This document shows positions 56,262 through 64,000 of a stretch of 64,000 nucleotides of DNA, in pieces. The notes under the pieces were generated by a model. That model had not been told where the DNA came from. It ran no database searches and saw only the letters and a program-made list of their open reading frames with translations. This DNA comes from Candidatus Methylomirabilota bacterium (lineage in GTDB: Bacteria; Methylomirabilota; Methylomirabilia; Rokubacteriales; CSP1-6), in the NCBI GenBank assembly GCA_035709005.1, contig DASTFB010000070.1, positions 5,223 through 69,222 on the forward strand. The letters run 5' to 3'. The translations under genes were made by a program, and so were the position numbers. Position 1 is the stretch's first letter, and every line of letters begins with the position of its first letter.

Positions 56262-59200
56262 ATGGCCGACCTTCGCGCGGCGCTCGAGCAGCGCATTCTC
56301 GTCCTCGACGGGGCCATGGGCACGATGCTCCAGGGCCGCGGGTTGGGGGCGGCCGACTTCGGCGGCGAAGGCTACGAAGGCTGCAACGAATATCTGAATC
56401 TCACCCGCCCGGACGTCATTCGCGCGATCCACGCCGCCTACCTCGAAGCCGGCGCCGACGTCGTCTCCACCAACACCTTCGGCTGCGCGCCCTGGGTGCT
56501 GGGCGAGTACGGGCTGGCCGAGCGCGTCTGGGACATCACCCGGGCCGGGGCGGTGCTGGCCCGCGAGGCGGCCGGCCGTGGCTTCGTCGTGGGGGCCATG
56601 GGGCCGTCGACCCGGTCCATCTCGGTCACCCGCAACGTCACGCTCGACGAGGTGCGTGAGGCCTACGCCCTGCAGGCCCGCGCCCTCATCGACGGCGGCG
56701 TTGATGCGCTCCTGCTCGAGACCCAGCAGGACACGCTCAACGTCAAGGCCGCCGCCCTCGGGCTGGGCGAGGCCATGCGCGAGGCCGGCGTGGAGCTACC
56801 CGTGCTGGTGAGCGCGACCATCGAGCCGACCGGCACCATGCTGGCGGGCCAGGGCGTGGAGGCGCTCTACGTGGCCCTGCAGCACCTGGGCCTGTTCTGC
56901 ATCGGGCTGAACTGCGCCACGGGGCCCGAGTTCATGACCGACCACCTGCGCACGCTCTCCCAGATGGCCACCTGCTTCGTGAGCGTGTACCCGAACGCCG
57001 GCCTGCCCGACGAGCGCGGACAGTACGGCGAGACGCCGGAGAGCCTGGCCTTCAAGATGCGGCGCTTCGTCGACGAGGGCTGGGTCAACCTGGTGGGCGG
57101 CTGCTGCGGCACGACCCCCGCCCACATCCGGGCGCTGGCCGGGCTCGTCCGCGACCGGCCGCCCCGCGTGCCGGCCGCCCGCGAGGTCCGCGCGGTGAGC
57201 GGCATCGAGGTGCTCTATCCCACCGAGGACAACCGGCCGATCTTCGTGGGGGAGCGGACCAACGTCATCGGCTCCCGGCGCTTCAAGGAGCTCATCGTCG
57301 CCGACCGTGTCGACGAGGCGGCCGAGATCGGCCGGGCCCAGGTGCGCGGTGGCGCCCAGGTGCTCGACGTCTGCCTGGCCAACCCCGACCGCGACGAGGC
57401 GGCCGACATGGACCGCTTCATGGCGGCCCTCACCCGCATGGTGAAGGTCCCGCTGATGATCGACTCCACCGACGCCGCCGTGCTCGAGCTGGCCCTCAAG
57501 CGCTGCCAGGGCAAGGCCATCGTCAACTCCATCAACCTGGAGGACGGCGAGGAGCGCTTCGCGCGGGTCTGTCCCCTGCTGCGGCGCTACGGCGCCGCCG
57601 TCGTGGTGGGCTGCATCGACGAGGACAAGCAGCAGGGTATGGCCGTCACCGCGGCTCGCAAGCTGGCCATCGCGGAGCGCTCCCACGCGTTGCTCTGCCA
57701 GAAGTACGGCCTGGCCGCCCGGGACCTGATCTTCGACCCTCTCGTCTTCCCCGTGGGCACGGGCGACCAGAACTACGTGGGCTCGGCCCAGCAGACCATC
57801 GAGGGCGTGCGTCTCATCCGGGAGCGGTTCCCCGAGTGCGCCACCATTCTGGGGATCTCCAACGTCTCGTTCGGTTTGCCCCCGGCCGGGCGCGAGGTCC
57901 TCAACGCCGTCTTCCTCTACCACTGCACCAAGGCCGGGCTCGACTACGCCATCGTCAACACCGAGCGGCTCGAGCGCTACGCCTCCATCCCCGAGGAGGA
58001 GCGGCGGCTCGCCGAGGACCTGCTGTTCAACCGGGGCGCCGATCCGGTGGCAGCGTTCGCCGCGCACTTCCGGGGACGCCAGAAGGCCGCGCCGGTGAAG
58101 TCCGCGCTGAGCCTGGACGAGCGTCTGGCCCGCTACATCGTCGAGGGCAGCCGGGACGGGCTCATCGAGGACCTCGAGGCCAAGCGCGCGGAGGCCGCGC
58201 CCCTGGACATCATCAACGGCCCCCTGATGCGGGGCATGGACGAGGTCGGCCGCCTCTTCAACGACAACCAGCTCATCGTGGCCGAAGTGCTCCAGTCGGC
58301 CGAGGCCATGAAGGCCGCCGTGGCCTACCTCGAGCGGTTCATGGACAAGGCGGAGACGGCCACCCGGGGCGTGTTCCTGTTGGCCACCGTGAAGGGCGAC
58401 GTGCACGACATCGGCAAGAACCTGGTCGAGATCATCCTGGCCAACAACGGCTATCGGGTGATCAACCTGGGCATCAAGGTGCCGCCCGAGACCTTGATCG
58501 CGGCCTGCCACGAGCACAAGCCCGACGCCATCGGGCTCTCCGGGCTGCTGGTGAAATCAGCGCAGCAGATGGTGGTGACCGCCCAGGATTTCCGGGCCGC
58601 CGGCATCGACATCCCCTTGTTCGTGGGCGGCGCCGCCCTCACCCGGAAGTTCACGGCCACCCGCATCGCGCCCGAGCACTCGGGCCTGACCCTCTACGCG
58701 AAGGACGCGATGGAGGGGCTCGATCTGGCCAACCAGCTCTTCGCCGCCCCGACGCGGGAGGCTCTGATCGCGCGTGTCCGCCGCGAGCAGGCAGCGCTGG
58801 GAGGCGACGGGTCCTCCGATACGACGACCGCGGCCCCGGCCACGGCCGCGCCGGCGCGCTCGGCGGTGGAGCCGGTGGAGCCGCCGGTGCCGCCCGACCT
58901 GGAGCTCCACGTCCTGCGCGACGTGCCGCTCGCTCACATCTTCCCGTACCTGAACCTCCAGATGCTCTACGGCAAGCACCTGGGGCTGCGGGGCCTGGTG
59001 TCGCGGCTGCTGCAGGCCGGGGACGCCAAGGCCCGCGAGATCCACCAGGTGGTGGAGGCGCTCCAGCAGGAAGCCATCCGCGACCGGCTCCTGGTGGCCC
59101 ACGGCCTCTACCGCTGGTTCCGGGCCCGCGCGGCCGGCGACGCGGTCCTGATCTTCGACGAGGCCGGGCGCGAGCTGGCGCGCTTCGACTTTCCCCGCCA

Positions 59201-59663
59201 GCCCGACGGCGAGCGGCTGTGCCTGGCCGACTACGTGCGAGACGACCGCGACGACTACCTGGCCGCCTTCGCCGTCACCTGCGGCAGCGGCGTGCGCGAG
59301 CGGGCCGAGACGCTCAAGAGCCGCGGCGAATACCTCAAGTCGCACGCCCTGCAGGCCCTGGCCATCGAGAGCGCGGAGGCCTTGGCCGAGATGCTCCACG
59401 CCCGCCTGCGCACGTTGTGGGGGTTCCCCGATCCCGCCGACGTGACCGTCGCCGACAAGCTCAAGGGCCAGTACCGCGGCATCCGCGTGTCGTTCGGCTA
59501 CCCCGCGTGTCCCAACCTGGCCGACCAGGCCACGCTGTGGAGCCTGCTCGAGCCCGAGCAGATCGGGATCAGCCTCACCGAGGGCTTCATGATGGACCCC
59601 GAGGCGTCGGTCTCGGCCCTCGTCTTCCACCACCCTCGGGCCCGGTACTTCAAGGCCGGCTGA
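56262..59663 (+). CDS. metH: cobalamin-dependent methionine synthase
   Basis: Homocysteine-binding N-terminus (LVLDGAMGTML), pterin-binding, B12-binding DVHDIGKNLV, AdoMet reactivation domain; 1133 aa. The ORF-track 5' extension from 55551 is spurious. Confidence 0.9.
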   Translation: MADLRAALEQRILVLDGAMGTMLQGRGLGAADFGGEGYEGCNEYLNLTRPDVIRAIHAAYLEAGADVVSTNTFGCAPWVLGEYGLAERVWDITRAGAVLAREAAGRGFVVGAMGPSTRSISVTRNVTLDEVREAYALQARALIDGGVDALLLETQQDTLNVKAAALGLGEAMREAGVELPVLVSATIEPTGTMLAGQGVEALYVALQHLGLFCIGLNCATGPEFMTDHLRTLSQMATCFVSVYPNAGLPDERGQYGETPESLAFKMRRFVDEGWVNLVGGCCGTTPAHIRALAGLVRDRPPRVPAAREVRAVSGIEVLYPTEDNRPIFVGERTNVIGSRRFKELIVADRVDEAAEIGRAQVRGGAQVLDVCLANPDRDEAADMDRFMAALTRMVKVPLMIDSTDAAVLELALKRCQGKAIVNSINLEDGEERFARVCPLLRRYGAAVVVGCIDEDKQQGMAVTAARKLAIAERSHALLCQKYGLAARDLIFDPLVFPVGTGDQNYVGSAQQTIEGVRLIRERFPECATILGISNVSFGLPPAGREVLNAVFLYHCTKAGLDYAIVNTERLERYASIPEEERRLAEDLLFNRGADPVAAFAAHFRGRQKAAPVKSALSLDERLARYIVEGSRDGLIEDLEAKRAEAAPLDIINGPLMRGMDEVGRLFNDNQLIVAEVLQSAEAMKAAVAYLERFMDKAETATRGVFLLATVKGDVHDIGKNLVEIILANNGYRVINLGIKVPPETLIAACHEHKPDAIGLSGLLVKSAQQMVVTAQDFRAAGIDIPLFVGGAALTRKFTATRIAPEHSGLTLYAKDAMEGLDLANQLFAAPTREALIARVRREQAALGGDGSSDTTTAAPATAAPARSAVEPVEPPVPPDLELHVLRDVPLAHIFPYLNLQMLYGKHLGLRGLVSRLLQAGDAKAREIHQVVEALQQEAIRDRLLVAHGLYRWFRARAAGDAVLIFDEAGRELARFDFPRQPDGERLCLADYVRDDRDDYLAAFAVTCGSGVRERAETLKSRGEYLKSHALQALAIESAEALAEMLHARLRTLWGFPDPADVTVADKLKGQYRGIRVSFGYPACPNLADQATLWSLLEPEQIGISLTEGFMMDPEASVSALVFHHPRARYFKAG

Positions 59664-59678
59664 GCCAGCCGCGCCGCC

Positions 59679-61025
59679 TCACGCCGCCCGGCGCCGCGCC
59701 AGGCGCAGGGGCACGCCGCCGGAGGGGCGCAGCGTGATCGTGGGAAACGGCGTGGGAGCGCATTCCGGCGCCAGCTCCAGCCGGAACCGCCGGGCGACCG
59801 TGGCCAGGATCAGCACGGCCTCCATCATGGCGAACCGGTTGCCGATGCAGATCCGCGGGCCGCCGCCGAACGGCAGGTAGGCGAAGCGGGGCAGGCGGTC
59901 GGCGAGGCCGTCCAGCCACCGCTCGGGGGCGAAGCGCTCGGGCTCGTCGTAGAAGCGGGGATCGCGGTGCATGACCCAGGGGCTCATGAAGAGCGTCGTT
60001 CCCGCCGGGACCGGGTAGCCGCCCAGCTCGCAGTCGGCGACGGCCTCGCGCCCGAACGCGTAGGCGGGCGGAAACAGACGCATCGATTCCAGCACCACCG
60101 CTTCGGTGTAGCGCAGCGCCGCCAGGTCGCCGAGCGAGGGCGGGCGGCCGGCCAGCGTCCGCTCGAGCTCGGCCGCCAGCGTGCGGTCGACATCGGGGTG
60201 CCGGGCCAGGAGGTACCACGTCCACGACAGGGCGAGCGCCGTCGTCTCGTGCCCGGCCAGCAGGAGCGTGATCGACTCGTCGCGCAGCTGCCGCTCGCTC
60301 ATCCCGCGGCCGGCCTCGTCGCGGACGCGCATGAGGCCAGCGAGCAGGTCCCCACCGCCGTCGCCGCGAGCGCGATGCTCGGCGATGATCCGGTACACCA
60401 CGGCTTCGAGACGGGCCACGGCGCGCCGGTAACGCCGGTTGCCCGGGGTGGGAATCCAGTCGGGGATGCCGAACGGGCGGCGGAACCGCGCGGCCACCTC
60501 CTGCAGTCCCGTGTCCAGGGCCTCGCCGACCTCGTCCACGTCCGCCGTCACCTCGGCATCGAAGAGCGCCTTGGCCACGATCTCCAGCGTGAGGCGCATC
60601 ATGTCGGGATGCAGGTCGCGGATCTCTCCCTCGCGCCAGCCCCCCAGCATCCGCTCGGCGCGGTCGACCATGACCTGGCCGTAGGCCTGAATGCGCTCGT
60701 GGTGAAAGGCCGGGGCCATCAGCCGGCGCTGGCGGAGCCAGAAGTCGCCTTCGCTCGTCAGCAACCCGCGACCGAAGATGGCCTCCACGTGGCGCCAGAA
60801 GAAGGAGTGCTTGACGAAGTTGCGGTGGTCGGTCACCAGGACCGCCTCGACCAGGGCGGGGCTGCTGATGAGATAGGCCAGGCGCCGGCCGAGCCGCATC
60901 GAGACCACGTCGCCGTACTGCCGGGCGCAGGCGGTGAAGAAGCCCAGCAGGTCGCGGGCGAACTCGGGCAGGCTGCCGACGAGCAGCCGGCCAGGCGGGC
61001 CTGGCGGACGCCGCGTCACCGGCAT
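59679..61025 (-). CDS. cytochrome P450
   Basis: FGGGPRICIGNRFA heme-thiolate loop; ...AGHETT... I-helix; 448 aa. Confidence 0.9.
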   Translation of the reverse strand: MPVTRRPPGPPGRLLVGSLPEFARDLLGFFTACARQYGDVVSMRLGRRLAYLISSPALVEAVLVTDHRNFVKHSFFWRHVEAIFGRGLLTSEGDFWLRQRRLMAPAFHHERIQAYGQVMVDRAERMLGGWREGEIRDLHPDMMRLTLEIVAKALFDAEVTADVDEVGEALDTGLQEVAARFRRPFGIPDWIPTPGNRRYRRAVARLEAVVYRIIAEHRARGDGGGDLLAGLMRVRDEAGRGMSERQLRDESITLLLAGHETTALALSWTWYLLARHPDVDRTLAAELERTLAGRPPSLGDLAALRYTEAVVLESMRLFPPAYAFGREAVADCELGGYPVPAGTTLFMSPWVMHRDPRFYDEPERFAPERWLDGLADRLPRFAYLPFGGGPRICIGNRFAMMEAVLILATVARRFRLELAPECAPTPFPTITLRPSGGVPLRLARRRAA

Positions 61026-61035
61026 GGTGACGCGA

Positions 61036-61950
61036 TCAATGGTGACAGGTGATGCAGTCGAGCGGCGCCCGGGTCCCCCGCGTGGCGTTCTGCTCGCGAT
61101 GGCACTCCACGCACCAGCCCATGCTCAGGGGAGGCGGGGCGAGCTGCAGCCCGACCAGGTTCATGAGGTCGTTGACCAGCGTGGGGCCCGTCCGCGCCCC
61201 CACCTCTCGCATCCGCTCGATCGGCCCGTGACACGTCTGACAGGCCACGCCCGCCGCGACGTGGGGCTTGTGGGAGAAGTACGTGAACTCGGGCAGCGCG
61301 AACACGCGCACCCAGGGGATCGGCTCGCGCCGGTTCCAATAGTCGTGAATCTTCGCGATCTCGGGGTTGTCCTGGGCCCCGATGATCTTGTGGCACCCGA
61401 TACAGCGCTCCACCGACGGCAGCCCGGCCGACTGCGAGCGTCGCGCGTCGGCGTGGCAGTGCTGACAGGCGATCTGAAACGACCCGGCGTGGATGAGGTG
61501 GCTGAAGAAGATCGGCTGGCGCGGGGCCTCGGGCACAGTGACGAGGGGCTGGGCCTGCTCCGGCGAGAACGGCGGCTGGGCCAGCGAGCGCAGGTACGCC
61601 ACGACCTGCCGGACCTGGGCTTCGCTGAGGTGGCCCCGGAAGGGGGGCATCGTCGGCGCCAGCCCTTCCGCGGGGCCACCGTTCAAGATGATGTTCATCA
61701 GGAACTCGTCGGGGAGCGGGTTCATCAGGCGCCCGTCGGTGAGATCAGACGGCTTGGTGGCGAAGCCGGCGGCCGAGGCGCCGTCGCCCCGGCCCCCTTC
61801 CCCGTGGCAGAGCGCGCAGGAGCGCGCATAGATGTCCCGGCCCGCCTCGACGTCCTCGACGGACGGGGCGGCGGCCCCGCCCCGCGCGAGGGCGGCGGCG
61901 GCGACGATGAGGACCAGACCGAGCGCGCCCGGGAACCAGCGACGCACCAC
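61036..61950 (-). CDS. multihaem c-type cytochrome (six CxxCH motifs), signal peptide
   Basis: CALCH, CQHCH, CIGCH, CQTCH, CVECH, CITCH; N-terminal signal MVRRWFPGALGLVLIVAAAALA. Confidence 0.8.
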   Translation of the reverse strand: MVRRWFPGALGLVLIVAAAALARGGAAAPSVEDVEAGRDIYARSCALCHGEGGRGDGASAAGFATKPSDLTDGRLMNPLPDEFLMNIILNGGPAEGLAPTMPPFRGHLSEAQVRQVVAYLRSLAQPPFSPEQAQPLVTVPEAPRQPIFFSHLIHAGSFQIACQHCHADARRSQSAGLPSVERCIGCHKIIGAQDNPEIAKIHDYWNRREPIPWVRVFALPEFTYFSHKPHVAAGVACQTCHGPIERMREVGARTGPTLVNDLMNLVGLQLAPPPLSMGWCVECHREQNATRGTRAPLDCITCHH

Positions 61951-62907
61951 CTACTCCTTGATCAACCGCTCCCGCCGTAGCAGGTAAAAGTGTCGCACGG
62001 AGCTGTAGAGGTCCAGGGTGGTCTCCTCCACGCCCTGGAAAAGGTCATAGTACAGCGCCCGCTCGTTGACCATCTCGCCCACCCGCATCCCGGCCCGCTC
62101 CCAGAAGAAGGGCAGCACGTAGCTGAGCGGGTCCAGAAAGATGTCGACACCGCGGCCGATGCCGTCGCGGACGGTCATGGGCTCGAAGAACGGCAGCACC
62201 AGATAGGGGCCGGGGGTCGCGCCCCAGACCCCCAGCGTCTGGCCGAAATCCTCGCGGCTCGGCTGGATCCCCCAGTAGTCCTTGGCCGGGTCGAAGAGGC
62301 CTCCGATGCCGGCCGTGCTGTTGATGAGGAACCGCGCGAGCTCGCGACCGGCGCCGGCGGCCTTGCCCTGCAGCAGACTGTTCACGAGGCGGGGGACGAC
62401 GCGAATGTTGTCGAAGCCGTTGGCGATGAGAACCTGAAACGGCTCCGGCATCACGTGGCGGTACACGTTGGCCACCGGCTTGAACACGTAGCGGTCGACA
62501 CGCAGGTTGAAGGTGAACACCTTGTCGTTGAACGTCTCCCAGGGATCGTACGGCTCGAACTCGTATTCGTCCTGGGTGCCGGGTCCCTGGGAGATTATGA
62601 ACATTGGGGGGGGCGAGACGCCCCCCCCAATTCCCCCCCGATCCGCGTGGGGCCCGACACCGGGCCCCCCAATTCCCCCCCGGTCCGCGTAAGCCCCGAC
62701 GCCGGGCCCCCCGGTTCCTCTCCGATCTACGTGAGGCCCGACACCGCCTTCCCAGATTCGCCCCGGACCTGCGTCCAGGGAGCTCCGTCCGCCGAGGGGG
62801 GCACCGGTGTCGATGCTGGCGCAGCCGACGAGAGAGAGGACGACGGCGAGGGCAGCGACCACACCACTGCATGCGCGACCGACGTCGCCCAGCGCGCGAC
62901 GCACCAA
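61951..62907 (-). CDS. mlaA: MlaA/VacJ-family lipoprotein with repeat-encoded Gly/Pro-rich linker
   Basis: Lipobox ...LSLVGCAS; MlaA core ...YEFEPYDPWETFNDKVFTFN...; residues ~45-100 are encoded by the 62596-62760 repeat. Confidence 0.8.
   Translation of the reverse strand: MVRRALGDVGRACSGVVAALAVVLSLVGCASIDTGAPLGGRSSLDAGPGRIWEGGVGPHVDRRGTGGPGVGAYADRGGIGGPGVGPHADRGGIGGGVSPPPMFIISQGPGTQDEYEFEPYDPWETFNDKVFTFNLRVDRYVFKPVANVYRHVMPEPFQVLIANGFDNIRVVPRLVNSLLQGKAAGAGRELARFLINSTAGIGGLFDPAKDYWGIQPSREDFGQTLGVWGATPGPYLVLPFFEPMTVRDGIGRGVDIFLDPLSYVLPFFWERAGMRVGEMVNERALYYDLFQGVEETTLDLYSSVRHFYLLRRERLIKE
62596..62760. repeat. family-A-related repeat: GGGGGGGG-cgagac-CCCCCCCC hairpin followed by three ~42-bp direct repeats
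   Basis: (tcccccccgNtccgcgtNNggccccgacNccgggcccccc) x3; translated in-frame within mlaA as GPHVDRRGTGGPGVGAYADRGGIGGPGVGPHADRGGIGGG. Confidence 0.7.
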
Positions 62908-62987
62908 CGATCCTCCCCGACGAGCATAGGCTCGCCCTCCGCCGACGCGGAGAGTATAGCGCGAGGCCCGCGAATCCCCGGATCGGG

Positions 62988-64000
62988 TCAGCGCGCGGCG
63001 GGCGGGCGCAGGATGACGAGCGTGAGCGGATCGAGGTAGGCGCGGGCCACGCGCTGGACGTCGGCCGCGGTCACCGCCTCCACCGCGCGCCGGTAGCGCT
63101 CGGGAAACTCCTGTCCCACGGCCTGCACCTCGTAGAAGCCCATGTACCAGGCCTGCCGGGCGTTGGTGCGCCGGTCCATGGCGTAGTTGCCCAGCAGGTA
63201 ACCCTTGGCCCGCGCCAGCTCGTCGGCGCTCAGGGCCTGCGTCCGCACACGCTCGACCTCGCGCAGCAGCTCGGTCTCGGCCCGCGCGGCGCTCTCGGGC
63301 GCCGTGCCGAGATAGAGGATGAGCAGCCCCGGCTCGCGCACGGCCTCGTAGTAGGCGCTGGCCGCATAGGCCAGGGCCTGGCGGTCCCGGAGCTCGGCGA
63401 AGAGCCGTCCGGCCATACCGCCGCCGAGCGCCGTGGCCAGGACCTTCACGGCGGCATGATCGGGATGATCGAGCGGCGGGGCCAGGCCACCGGCCAGGAT
63501 CTGCGCCTGCTGGGCCGCCTGCTCGACGACGATGCGGCGCGCCGTCGGCACCGGCCGGGGATGCTTCGGCTCGGCGACGGCCCCGCCTCGCGGCAACGAT
63601 CCGAACAGACGGCGCGCCGCGGCCAGCACCTCCTCGGCCGCCACCTGCCCGCTCACGGCCAGCACCATCCGCTCCGGCCGGTAGAAGGCCCGGTAGTGGG
63701 CCACGATCGCCGCGTGGTCGATCCGGGCCAGCGACGCGGCTGTTCCCAGCACGGGAAGCCCGTAGGGGTGGCGGCCGTACACCGTCGCGTAGAATACGTC
63801 GAAGGCGCGCGACGCCGGGCTGTCACGCTGGCGCTGGACCCGTGAGAGCAGCCAGTCGCGCTCCAGCTTCACCTCGGTCGGCTCGAGCCGCGGCTCCAGC
63901 GCCAGCTCCGCGGTGAGCGCCAGCAGCTCGCGCCAGAACCGGGCCAGGGCCGTGGCGCTGATCCCCGAGTAGTCCACGTTGCCGGCGGCGCTGATCTTCC
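62988..64000 (-). CDS. M16-family (pitrilysin/insulinase-like) peptidase domain protein, probably 5'-truncated by the window end
   Basis: C-terminal non-catalytic M16 domain pattern (...FYATVYGRHPYG...YRAFYRPERMVLAVSG...); ORF-track start at 63977 is only 23 nt from the window edge. Confidence 0.65.
   Translation of the reverse strand, partial: KISAAGNVDYSGISATALARFWRELLALTAELALEPRLEPTEVKLERDWLLSRVQRQRDSPASRAFDVFYATVYGRHPYGLPVLGTAASLARIDHAAIVAHYRAFYRPERMVLAVSGQVAAEEVLAAARRLFGSLPRGGAVAEPKHPRPVPTARRIVVEQAAQQAQILAGGLAPPLDHPDHAAVKVLATALGGGMAGRLFAELRDRQALAYAASAYYEAVREPGLLILYLGTAPESAARAETELLREVERVRTQALSADELARAKGYLLGNYAMDRRTNARQAWYMGFYEVQAVGQEFPERYRRAVEAVTAADVQRVARAYLDPLTLVILRPPAAR

Noticed and set aside
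1-64000. tRNA, rRNA, tmRNA, IS elements/transposases, integrases, prophage genes
   Set aside because: Scanned intergenic regions by eye for cloverleaf-like GTTCGAATC T-arm motifs and for transposase/integrase-like ORFs; none seen. The absence of tRNA calls is low-confidence without a tRNA scanner.

Overview
This 64-kb window is very GC-rich, around 70% by eye, and densely coding. It looks like chromosomal DNA from an uncultured high-GC soil or sediment bacterium; I cannot name the taxon from sequence alone. I call about 60 genes. Most six-frame ORFs on the opposite strand of real genes are GC-driven artefacts and are ignored.

Gene content, in order:
- 2359-7358 (minus): a tungsten-type aldehyde:ferredoxin oxidoreductase operon. 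It reads 3-hydroxyisobutyrate dehydrogenase (HIBADH)-like dehydrogenase, GYD-domain protein, tetra-[4Fe-4S] ferredoxin, FAD/NAD(P) oxidoreductase, aldehyde ferredoxin oxidoreductase (AOR).
- 9979-15467 (plus): a pentose-phosphate cluster. It contains an FGGY-family sugar kinase, pgl, rpiB, pgi and zwf.
- 15929-17512: serA.
- 19452-21511: a two-component pair, a sigma-54 (NtrC-family) regulator followed by a sensorless histidine kinase.
- 23441-30498: a DNA-damage island. It holds a LigD polymerase domain and imuA-imuB-dnaE2, where dnaE2 carries a 153-aa mini-intein.
- 34606-36198: a B12-binding radical SAM gene.
- 37833-39512: ettA.
- 40068-41199: rnd.
- 47621-51270: a peptide ABC transporter.
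- 56262-59663: metH.
- 59679-62907: cytochrome P450, a six-heme cytochrome c and mlaA.

Most interesting result: two paralogous loci (7475-9713 and 53337-56243) encode a selenoprotein with an in-frame UGA directly followed by Gly-Ser-Cys, i.e. a U-G-S-C (UxxC) redox motif.
- A conserved stem-loop sits about 10 nt downstream of each UGA, placed like a bacterial SECIS element.
- In locus 1 the small selenoprotein and a roughly 350-aa partner are separate, translationally overlapping genes.
- In locus 2 the same two modules form one 556-aa ORF, a gene fusion/fission pair.
- Both loci sit next to acyl-CoA-handling genes: a PaaI thioesterase at locus 1 and a family III CoA-transferase at locus 2.
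- Gene callers that treat UGA as a stop will miss or truncate both.

Other notable features:
- At least two families of GC-rich palindromic repeat elements are present.
- Several copies sit in-frame inside coding sequence: the dnaE2 body, the MlaA linker and the C-terminus of the selenoprotein partner.
- Two genes carry poly-C frameshifts, and rnd has an ATA codon at its start position.
- I found no rRNA, tRNA, CRISPR array or classical IS/transposase.
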